Shown here one piece after another: positions 32,841-43,398 of a stretch of DNA of 64,000 nt. Within the stretch, counting starts at the first letter, position 1. The number at the start of each line of letters is the position of its first letter. The notes under the pieces are model-generated. The model worked only from the letters and a program-made list of their open reading frames with translations. It made no database searches and had not been told where the DNA came from. Source of the stretch: Mobula birostris (lineage: Eukaryota); the NCBI RefSeq assembly GCF_030028105.1, contig NC_092374.1:175360057-175424056 (forward strand), written 5' to 3'. Made by a program: the position numbers and the translations under genes.

Positions 32841-35800
32841 GGAGCAGGTAAAGACCTACTGAACCTAATTTTCACAACACGGGAAGAGGCCATCAGTCTA
32901 TCAGGTCACTGCCAGCTCCCAGCAGAGGAAATCCAGTAACCCTGATCTCATTCCCTCTCACAGCCAAAGAGTCATAGACACTACAGCAGTCTTAGGGATG
33001 TGGGAAGAAAATGGACCTTCACGGGGAAATCCACAGTCACAGGGAGAATACAGAAACACCGCACCTACAGCACCGGAGTTTGGGATCTGCAAACTGTCCA
33101 GAGGCACCAATTTAGGACAGGCATCAAATCAGAGCGAGGGTCAGAGAACGAAGTCTCCACCTGGCCTGTGGGGCAAATGGTTACTCACTATCAGAGAAAG
33201 ACCTAGATAGCAGAGTGGGATGGTGGGCTTACAGGACAACTTATCAGCCGTCTTTGGGAGAACATAGAACATAGAAATCCACAGCGCATTACAGACCCTT
33301 CGGCCCACACTGTCGTGCTGTTCATGTAACTTACTCTAGAAACTGTCTAGAATTTCCCTACTACATAGCCTTCTAGTTTTCTAAGCTCCGTGTACCTACC
33401 TAAGAGACTCTTAAAAGACCCTGTTGTATCCGCTTCCACTACCATCGCTGGCAGTGCATTCCACGCACCCACCACCCTCTGTATGAAAAATTTACCTCTA
33501 ATATCCCCCTTGTACCGACTTCCAAGCACCTTAAGCCTGTGCCCTCTTGTGGCAACCATTTCAGCCCTGGGAAAAAGCCTCTGACTATCCACACGATCAA
33601 TGACTCTCATCATCTTATACACCTCTATCAGGTCACCTCTCATCCTCCGTCACTCCAAGGAGAAAGGGCCGAGTTCACTCAACCTATTCTCATAAGGCAT
33701 GCTCCCCAATCCAGGCAACATCCTTGTAAATCTCCTAAATCCTTCCTGTAATGAGGTGACGAGATCTGAACACAGTACTCCAAGTGGGGTTTGCCCAAAG
33801 TCTTATATAACTGTGACATTACCTCACGGCTCTTGAACTCAATCCTCTGGTTGATGAGCCTTCTTAACAACATTCCCTCTGAGGACTGAGGGTGGGAAGG
33901 ACAGTGAGGCTGAGTGGAGGGAAGGAGGGGGAGGTGTGACAGTTACTCTAAATTTCCAGCATCTGCAGAATCCATTGTATATAAAATGAAAACCTTATGT
34001 TATTCACCTGGACTGGGAATATAGTGTCAGTGGCCTTGGGTGATGGTACAGTTGGTTTCACACCACAGTACTGGTACTTGAGTGCCTTCAGCCGCTTGGA
34101 GTGTGAAGTCAGATGTACTTTCTGAGGGCAGCAAGGGCTGAGGACAGGTAATTTGAAGAGGGGGGACTTCAATCAGGTCCACTGCCGAAGGATAAAAGGC
34201 AGAAGTAGTTTACAAGAGTGTAATAGAGCTTTGATCGGCAGCCAATCAGCATTTGGGGCTCATTAGTAAGAGCAAATTAAAGGAAGGCAGGGGCAAACAC
34301 AGTGGCTGTGGTCTGAGTGAGCATAGTCAGAGTGGTGATCTCAAGGCTTTAGCTCTTCGAGGCTTCACTCAGAGAAAGGAAAGGAAAGAAAAGCTCAATT
34401 TTTTTTTCATTCTCTTCTTTATATCTGCTCAGCTGTGACAATAGGGATGCCAGGCAGGATAGTGAGACGCTCCTCTTGCGGGATGTGGGAAGGAATGGAG
34501 ATCGCCAGTATCCCTGATGACTACAACTGTGAGAAGTGCATCCAGCTGCAGCTTCTAACAATCCGGAGTTGGGATTGGAAGAACTCCAGATCATTCGGGA
34601 GAATGAAGGGTGATAGATAGGACACAGAGAGAGGTAGTTACACCCAAGGTGCAGGATGCAGGAAACTGAGCGACAGTTAGCAAGGGGAAAGGGGTAAAGG
34701 TTCCAATGCAGAGTACCCCTGTGGTCATCCCCCTCAATAACAGCAATATCACTTTTCATACTGTCAGGGCAGATGACCTAACAGAGGAAAGACACAGTGA
34801 TCGGGTCTCTGGCACTGAGTCTGTCTCTGTGACTCTGAAGAGAAGGAGTGAGAAGAGGCACAATGATGTGATAGGGGATTCATTATTCAGGGGAATGGAC
34901 GGGCCGTTCTGTGGGTGAGAACGAGATTCCTGTATGATATGTTGCCTCTGGGGTTTCAGGGTCCGGGATATTTTGGACTGAGTCCTCAGCATTCTTAAGT
35001 GGGAGGGTGAACAGCCAGAAATCCTGGTCCATGTAGGTACCAATGACCTGGATAGAACAAGTGATGAGGTTCCGCATAGGGATTTCAGGGAGATAGGTGA
35101 TAAATTAAAGGGCAGGACCTCCAAAGTTGTGATCTCAGGATTGCTACCCATGCCATGTGCTAATGAATCTAGAACTAGAAAGATTATACAGTTTAATATG
35201 TGGCTAAGGAGTTGGTGTAGGAGGAAGGGCATAAGATTTTTGGATCATTGGGCTCTCTTCCAGGGAAGGTGGGATCTGTACGGAATGGACGGTTTGCACC
35301 TGAACTGGAGGGGACTAATATCCTAGCGGGAAGGTTTGTTAATGTTGCATGGTGGGGTTTAATCTAGAGTTGCAGGGGATGGGGACCAGAGTGCCAGAAC
35401 AGTTAGCGGAGAGTTTGTGAAGGCAGATGTTGGTAAGACCTCAGGCAAAGTCAGGGATAAAAAGGTTGAGCACAGTTTGACAAGTGCCCTGGGCTCCCTA
35501 TATTTCAATGCAAGAAGTTCCGTAGGAAAGGTGGATAATAGTGCTGAAGATGAGATAGCTGGTTTACAAACAGAGGCGATGTGTAGTGAGGAGGGGCTGT
35601 TGATAGGGCAAAATTGCAGTCAACAGGATGAGTTACAATGTAAAAGGCGGACAAAAGCGAAAAGGGTGAATTCAGGACTGAAGGTGTTGTATCTGATTGC
35701 GTGCAGTATATGGAATATGGTAGATAAACTTGTAGCACAGTTGCAGATTGGCAGGAATGATGTTGTAGGCATCACTGAATCGTGGCTGAAAGATTACTGT

Positions 35801-36290
35801 ATACTGTAGCTGGGAGCTTAATGTCCAAGGATACACATTGTATCAAAAGGTTAGGCAGGAAGGCAGAGCGGGTGGTGTTGCTATGTTGCTAAAAAATGAA
35901 ATCAAATGATTAGAAAGAGATGACAGAGGGTGGGAAGTTGTTGAATCATTGTGGATAGAGCTAAGGAACTGCAAAGGGAGTTGTATACAGACCCCCAAAC
36001 AGTAGTAAGGATGTGGCCTACAAATTACAATGGGAGACAGAAAATGCATGTCAAAAGGGCAATGTTAGAATAGTCATGGGGGATTTCAATATGCAGATAG
36101 ATTGGGAAAATCAGGTTGGTGCTGCATTCCAGGAGTGGGAGTTTCTAGAGTGCCTAGGGATGGAATTTTAGAGCATCATGTGGTTGGGCTCCCTACAGGA
36201 TCAGTTATTCTGGATTGGGTATTGTGCAATGAACCAAAATTGATTACAGAGCCTAAGGTAAAAGAACCCTTGAGGAAAGAGATCATAATA

Positions 36291-36939
36291 TGAAGGGTGA
36301 TTGATAAGTTCGTGGCCTAAGGTAGAAGGAGTCAATTTTAGAGAACCTAGCACATTTATTTTTCAACATCGTCCCCTCTTACATTTGCACACTTAGTCCA
36401 GCGGTCGTGGAGCATATGGATCTTGGACCTCCAGAAAGGGTTCACAGCAGGGGAGACTGATAAGTTCGTGGCCTAAGGTAGAAGGAGATGTGTTAACCAC
36501 AGGAATTCTGCAGATGCTGGAAATTCAAGCAACACACATCAAAGTTGCTGGTGAACGCAGCAGGCCAGGCAGCATCTCTAGGAAGAGGTGCAGTCGACGT
36601 TTCAGGCCGAGACCCTTCGTCAGGACTAACTGAAGGAAGAGTGAGTAAGAGATTTGAAAGTGGGAGGGGGAGGGGGAGATCCAAAATGATAGGAGAAGAC
36701 AGGAGCTCTTGTTACATGCACATGCAAGTCAACTCTTTGAGTGATTATGCAGAAAGTTTGAAGCTAATAACTCATCAGGGGTGATTGATAGGTTCGTGGC
36801 CTAAGGTAGAAGGAGGTGAGTTATTAACTTCAAACTTTCTCCATAATCACTCAAAGGGTTGACCTGCATGAGCATGTAATCAGAGCTGTATAACTCATTT
36901 CCTTCTACCTTAGGCCACGAACTTATCAATCACCCCTTG
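36291..36939. mobile_element. Tc1/mariner-type non-autonomous element (MITE), 40-bp TIRs, TA TSD
   Basis: TIRs 36291-36330 and 36900-36939 match at 37/40; TA at 36289-36290 and 36940-36941; the host CR1 rejoins as GATCATAA-TA-TGATCAAATTC. Confidence 0.8.
36592..36627 (-). ncRNA. Minimal type I hammerhead ribozyme motif, intact core
   Basis: Minus strand AGTC-CTGACGA-AGGGTCTCGGCCT-GAAAC-GTC-GACT: stem I AGTC/GACT, CUGANGA and GAAA core, palindromic ACGT in place of stem III, GUC triplet. Confidence 0.65.
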
Positions 36940-37999
36940 TATGATCAAATTCACCCTGAAATTTGAGAAGGAGAAGCTAAAATCAGATGTATCAGTATTA
37001 CAATGGGGTAAAGGGAATTACAGAGACATGAGAGAGGGGTTGGCCAGAGTTGATTGGAAAAGAACACTGGCAAGGATGATGTCAGAGCAGCAATGGCTGT
37101 AATTCCTGGAAGTAGTTCAGAAGGCACAGGATATATAAATCCCAAAGAGGAAGAAGTAGGTGTACAAGATGATGAGAGGCATTAATCTTGTGGATAGTCA
37201 GAGGCTTTTCTCCAGGGCTGAAATGGCTAACATGAGAGGGCACAGTTTTAAGGTGCTTGGAAGTAGGTACAGAGGAGATGTAGGGGTAGGTTTTTTACGC
37301 AGAGAGTGGTGAGTGCGTGGAATGGGCTACTGGCGGTGGTGGAGACGGAAACGATAGAGCCTTTTAAGAGACTCCTGAATAGGTACATGAAGCTTAGAAA
37401 AATAGAAGGCTATGGGTAAGCCTAGGTAATTTCTAAGGTAAGGACATGTTCAGCACAGCTTTGTGGGCCATAGGGCCTGTATTGTGCTTTAGGTTTTCTA
37501 TGTTCCATGTTCTAAGTACTCTGAAGAAAATAAGACCATAAGACCATTAGATATAGGAGCAGAAGTAGGCCATTCAGCCCATCGAGTCTGCTCCACCATT
37601 CAATCATGGGCTGATCCGATTCTTCCAGTCATCCCCACTCCCATGCTTTCACCCCATACCCTTTGATGCCCTGGCTAATCAAGAACCTGTCTGTCTCTGC
37701 CTTAAATACACCCAATGACTTGGCCTCCACAGCTGCTCATGGCAACAAATTCCACAGACTTACCACCGTCTAACTAAAGTAATTTCTCCACATCTCAGTT
37801 CTAAAAGGACATCCCTCAATCCTGAAGTCATGCCCTCTTGTCCTAGGATCCCATACCCTGGGAAATAACTTTGCCATATCTATTCTTTTCAGGCCTTTTA
37901 ACATTCAGAATGTTTCTATGAGATCCCCCCCTCATTCTCCTGACCACCAGGGAATACAGCCCATGAGCTGCCAGATGTTCCTCATACGGTAACCCTTTC

Positions 38000-38501
38000 A
38001 TAGTCATAGTCATACTTTATTGATCCCGAGGGAAATTGGTTTTTGTTACAGTTGCACAATAAATAAATAAATAGTAATAAAACCATAAATAATTAAATGG
38101 TAATATGTAAATTATGCCAGTAAATTATGAAATAAGTCCAGGACCAGCCTATTGGCTCAGGGTGTCTAACCCTCCAAGGGAGGAGTTGTAAAGTTTGATG
38201 GCCACAGACAGGAATGACTTCCTATGACGCTCCGTGTTGCATCTCGGTGGAATGAGTCTGTGGCTGAATGTACTCCTGTGCCCAACCAGTACATTATGTG
38301 GTGGATGGGAGACATTGACCAAGATGGCATGCAACTTGGACAGCATCCTCTTTTCAGACACCACCATCAGAGAGTCCAGTTCCATCCCCACAACATCACT
38401 GGCCTTCCGAATGAGTTTGTTGATTCTGTTGGTGTCTGCTACCCTCAGCCTGTTGCCCTAGCACACAACAGCAAACATGATCGCACTGGCCACCACAGAC
38501 T
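38000..38501 (-). mobile_element. Rex1/Babar 3' fragment nested in a CR1 fragment
   Basis: ORF 38149-38391 matches the C-terminus of 2377-3087; (GTCATA)n tail at 38000. Confidence 0.85.
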
Positions 38502-41500
38502 CATTCCTAGAATCATTTTTGTGAATCTTCTCTGAACCCTCTCTAGAATCAGTATATCCTTGCTAAAATAAGGAGCCAAAAACTGCACACAATACTCCAA
38601 GTGTGGTCTCACAAGTGCCTTATAAGAGCCTCAACATCACATCCCTACTCTTATATTCTATACCTCTAGAAATGAATGCCAACATTGCATTCACCTTCTT
38701 CACAACCGACTCAACCTGGAGGTTAACCTTTGGTGTATCTTGCACAAAGATTCCAAGTCTCTTTGCATTTCTGCATTTTGAATTCTCTCCCCATCTAAAT
38801 AATAGTCTGCCTATTTATTTCTTCCACCAAAGTGCATGACCAAACACTTTCCAACATTGTACTTCATTTGCCACTTCTTTGCCGATTCCCCTAAACTATC
38901 TAAGTCTCTCTGCAGCCTTTCTGTTTCCTCAACATTACCCGCTCCTCCACCTGTCTTTGTATCATTGGCAAATTTAGCCACAAATCCATTAATACTGTAG
39001 TTCAAATCATTGACATACATCGTAAAAAGCAGCAGTCGCAACACCGGCCATGATACAACCATGGCTAACAAGAAAAGTCAAAGCCAACATAAAAGCCAAA
39101 GAGAGAGCATATAATAGAGCAAAGATTCTTGGGAAGTTAGAAGATTGGGAAGCTTCTAAAAACCAACAGAAGGCAACTAAAAATACATTAAGAAGGTAAA
39201 GATGGAATAAGAAAGTAAGCTAGCTAATAATGTTAAAGAGGATACCAAAAGTTTCTTCAGATTTATATAGTGTAAAAGGGAGGCGAGAGTGGATATTGGA
39301 CTGCTGGAAAATAATGCTGGAGAGGTAGTACTGGGGGACAATGAAATAGTGGGTGCACTGAATATGTATTTTGCATCAGTTTCACTGTAGAAGACACTAG
39401 CAGTATGCTGGGAGTTCCAGGTATAAGGGGGCATGAAGTGTGTGAAGTTGCCATAACTAGAGAGAACGTTCTTGGGAAGCTTAAAAGTCTGAAGGTGGTT
39501 AGATCACCTGAACTGGATGGAAGTCACCCCAGAGTTCTGAAAGAGGTGGCTGAAGAGATTGTTGAGGCATTACTAATGATCTTTCAAGATTCACTAGATT
39601 CTGGAATGATTCCGGAAGAATGGAAAATTGCAAATGTCACTCTACTCTTCAAGAAGGGAGAGAGGCAGAAGAAAGGAAATTATAGGCTAATTAGTCTGAC
39701 CTCAGTGGTTGGAAAGATGTTGGAGTCGATTGTTAAGGATGAGATCTCAGGGTACTTGGAGATACATGATAAAATATGCTGTAGTCAGCAGGGTTTCTTC
39801 AAGGGAAAATCTTGCCTGACAAATCTGTTGGGATTCTTTGAAGAAATAACAAGCAGGATAGACAAAGGAAAATCAATTGATGTTGTGTACTTGGATTTTC
39901 AGATGGCCTTTGACAAGGTGCCGCACATGAGGCTGCTATAAGCTATGAAGGTATTACATGGTATTACAGGAAAAATTCTAGCATGGATAAAGCAGTGGCT
40001 GATTGGCAGGAGGCAAAGAGTGAGAATAAAGGGAGCCTTTTCTGGCTGGCTGCCGGTGACTAGTGGTGTTCCACAGAGGTCTGTGTTGGGACCGATTCTT
40101 TTCATGTGATAGTCAATGATTTGGATGATAGAATTGATGGCTTTGTTGCAAAATTTGCAGATGATATGAAGGTAGTTAGAGGGCAAGTAGTTTTCAGGGA
40201 GTAGAGAGGCTACAGAGGACTTAGACAGATTAGAAGATTGGACAAAGAAATGGCAGACGGAATTCAGTGTTAGGAAGTGTGTGGTCATGCACTTTCGTAG
40301 AAGAAATCAAAGGGCTGACTATTTTCTAAATGGAGAGAAGATACATAAAACTGAGGTGCAAAAGGACTTCGGAGTCCTTGTGCTGGGTTCCCTAAAGGTT
40401 AATTTGCAGGTTGAGTCTGTGGTGAGGAAAGCAAATGCAATGTGAGCATTCATTTCAAGAGGACTAGAATATAAAAGCAGGAATGTAATGTTGAGACTTT
40501 ATAAAGCACTGGTGAGGCCTCACTAGGAGTATTATGAGCAGTTTTGGGCTCTTTATCTTTGAAAGGATGTGCTGAAACTGGAGAGGGTTCAAAGGGTTTC
40601 ATGAAATTGCTTCCAGGATTGAATGGCTTGTCATATGAAGAGTATTTGATGGCTCTGGGCCTGTTTTCACCAGAATTCAGAAGAATGAAGCATGACCTCA
40701 TTGAAACCTATCAAATGGTGAAATGCCTTGATAGAGAGGATGTGAAGAGGATGTTTCCTCTGGTAGGAGAGTCTAAGACCAGCGGACACAGCTTCAGAAT
40801 AGAGGGGCATCCATTTAGAACGGAATTTGAGAAGGAATTTCTTCAGCAAGAGAGTGGTGATCTGTGGAATTCTTTGCCACAGGCAGCTGTGGAGGCCTAG
40901 TCATTATGCATATTTAAGGCAGAGGTTGATAGATTCTTGATTGATCCGGGTTGAAGGGATCACGGGAGAAGGCAGGAGATTTGGGCTGAGAGGAAAATTG
41001 GATCAGCTATGATGAAATGTTGGAGCTGACTAGATGGGCCAAATGGACTAATTCTGCACCTATATCTATGGTCTTATATAAGGAGTTCTGTATCAGGATG
41101 GGATTGGAAGCTGGAAACAGTTTGAATAATTTTTGAGCTAACTATACAGATGATTGAAGAGGAAGGGTGTGGGACATGCAGAGTACTACTTTCCACTTGC
41201 TGAGACAATAGGAATGCTAAGTGTTTACTATTTTGTATCTGTGAGTCTTTCGCTTAACCAGTTCTGTCTCTTTTGATATCTTAGGGAGCGGAACTGTGTG
41301 ATCTCTGTCCCTTTAACATCTTTTCTACAATATTTACACACTACCGCAAGTATGGGTCTACCAATATCTCGTATCATTCCAGCTGCGGGCCTTGAGTAGA
41401 CCATAGACCACAGGCTCACTGATGTGTGTGGACAGGGGTTTGCCAGTGTTGGGGAGGGGTGTTAGTGTTGGGCCATGCTCTCCTTCAGCAAGGTAAGTTT

Positions 41501-41574
41501 GGTGAATGAACACTCACTGTGTGTCCACTGTATGTTTCACTGTGAGCTCTCACCCTTCAGTTGTCTCTCCCTAG

Positions 41575-41720
41575 AACCTGAGGTACCTGAGGAAGCTTCC
41601 GGCCCAGGAACCGTGATCTGTGCACTGGGACTCTCCCTGGGAATCATCAGTGCCGTGGTTGGAATCATCCTACTGATCAAAGAGAGGCAGCGTCTGCAGG
41701 CTCAGCAGCAGGGCATCTAG
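41575..41720 (+). CDS. mhc2a: MHC class II alpha chain, exon 4 (connecting peptide, TM, cytoplasmic tail, stop)
   Basis: Acceptor TTGTCTCTCCCTAG ending 41574; (E)PEVPEEASGPGTVICALGLSLGIISAVVGIILLIKERQRLQAQQQGI*; class II alpha TM pattern C-x2-G-x3-G-x2-S-x3-G; donor GTGAGT at 41723, two nt after the stop. Confidence 0.95.
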
Positions 41721-41801
41721 GGGTGAGTGTTGGGCCCAGTGAGGACTCCCGGTTTGTGTATGGGGTTCTGCCCTTGGAAGAAATCCTCAGTCAGAGAACT
41801 C

Positions 41802-42231
41802 CATAGGAGCCATGTATCTATTATCTGTCTGTCTGTACTGTATTTGTGTTGTGCAGTTATATAATGGGTTATGGCAATTTGTCACATGGGTTGGGGCGTG
41901 GTAGAAGAATATGAGTATAATCACATATTCACACTTTGTGTTGTTAGTTTGAGTTAGAGAGAAACTTAGTCGGGGACATGGATATTTTTTGTTGACCGCT
42001 AACTTCACTTACCTGGCTTGTTTCGCTTATTTCACTATCACTATGTTAGTTTTGTTAGTTTTTTTAATCGCTATACAAGATCGTACCTCTTTGCTGTTTT
42101 CGTAATAAAGGGTCACACATACATTTTTCAGCTTGGAACTCAGTTACTGTATTTGGAAGAGTATCATACAATGTCGAATCCCTCACTCAATGTCTCTGTG
42201 GTTTTGGCTTGTTTTTCAAGTAACCACTGCA
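41802..42231 (+). repeat. 5' LTR of the BEL/Pao element (AATAAA at 42104-42109)
   Basis: Direct repeat of 47668-48068; begins CATAGGAGCC versus TGTAGGAACC; both end in CACTGCA. Confidence 0.85.
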
Positions 42232-42818
42232 CTTTGTCAACAAAAAAAAAAGTTATACCAAATGAACACCACTCTACAGTGAAGGATTGCCGCAGACCCG
42301 TTGGTGAAACTGGAGCAGCTTGTGGTAGGATTATCTGCGACCTTTTGTTGATTCATACTGTGTTCAAACATTCATAAAGGCTTTTGAAAACAGTGTTGAA
42401 GGAAAGACTGACAGCCAAAGTGACTGCCTCTGTTTCCTTGACCAGTACATTAGGGGTTGCCCTAGAGAACTTGTCAGAAGTTACTAGCATGACACCCCTA
42501 AGAAAGGATAGGTCAAAGCTAAGGTTTTACTACAGGGGACATTTGGTAATGAACAAAATTGCATCTGCCTACATGCAAAAGGTTCTTTCTTTGGTACTTA
42601 TTAAAGCTGAAAACATGAAGGCTATTCAAGACTGCAGTCTTTTTCTTGAGAGACTGTTGCAATGCTATGGAAGAAGTGAAGTACATGAGTTGGATGGACA
42701 TGTCTGCCAATATGTCGATAGTTATAAAGAAATTGCCCTATATGTTGGGGATAAATGGGGAACAGTGGTCTGGAAAATGCAGGAAGGGCACAACTGTAAG
42801 TCTCCTTTCACTGACATT

Positions 42819-43021
42819 CATCAAAGTTGCTGGTGAACGCAGCAGGCCAGGCAGCATCTATAGGAAGAGGTACAGTCAATGTTTCGGGCCAAGACCCTTC
42901 GTCCTGATGAAACTTCGACTGTACCTGTTCCTATAGATGCTGCCTGGCCTGCTGAGTTCACCAGCAACTTTGATGTGTGTTGCTTGAATTTCCAGCATCT
43001 GCAGAATTCCTCGTGTTTGCA
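42819..43021 (+). mobile_element. Fold-back miniature PLE insertion with 13-bp TSD inside BEL gag
   Basis: TTTCACTGACATT at 42806-42818 and 43022-43034; inverted arm followed by the forward PLE end. Confidence 0.85.
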
Positions 43022-43367
43022 TTTCACTGACATTGTTGCTTTTATTGAAAGGCAGGTAAAGATCATAACAGACCTGTTATCTGAGAATTTACAGATGCTC
43101 CATCACCTACAGTAAACAAAGGCGTGAACTAGAAAAAGTCACAATTTCGTTCTAAGGCTAAAGGAAGCAGTCTTGCCATGACTGTGGCCACTATGAGAAG
43201 TAAAACTAAAATTGAACCTGGAACTAATGGAAGGGAAATGATTTCATCAGTCTAAGGGGGCTGTCTGTTCTGTGAGGTTGAACTTACATTGGATTTGTGC
43301 CCTCATGGAGAAAAGGGTTCAGAGTGAGAAGATTGCCTTCCTAAAGAAAAATGATGTCTGTTTTGCA

Positions 43368-43394
<27 letters not shown>
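43368..43394. repeat. (CA)n microsatellite at a PLE terminus
   Basis: GCA(AC)n followed by GAGTGCTGGAGGAACTCAGCAGG. Confidence 0.9.

Positions 43395-43398
<4 letters not shown>

Larger units (their letters stand above)
34210..41077 (+). mobile_element. Near full-length CR1 LINE in intron 3 (ORF1 zinc finger and SGNH esterase; ORF2 EN and RT), decayed, with nested insertions
   Basis: 34435-34620 (SSCGMWE..DYNCEKCIQLQLL); LVHVGTND near 35030; 35129-35326 (VISGLLP..FLDHW..DGLHLN); RT 39405-39941 (NYRLISLTSVVGKMLE..AFDKVPH); 3' tail GGGCCAAATGGACTAATTCTGCACC. Confidence 0.85.

Noticed and set aside
41103-41124. ATTGG and CTGGAAACAG close together in intron 3
   Set aside because: Wrong order and spacing for an X-Y module.
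41228-41419. 63-aa minus-strand ORF with protein-like composition just upstream of exon 4
   Set aside because: No family recognised and no splice support; left uncalled pending BLASTX.
29194-41720. Could be DM-alpha, W-category or class I/beta-2-microglobulin
   Set aside because: Domain layout, alpha1 without Cys, N62, the TM glycine pattern and close resemblance to recalled nurse-shark class II alpha favour ordinary class II alpha. A phylogeny would confirm.
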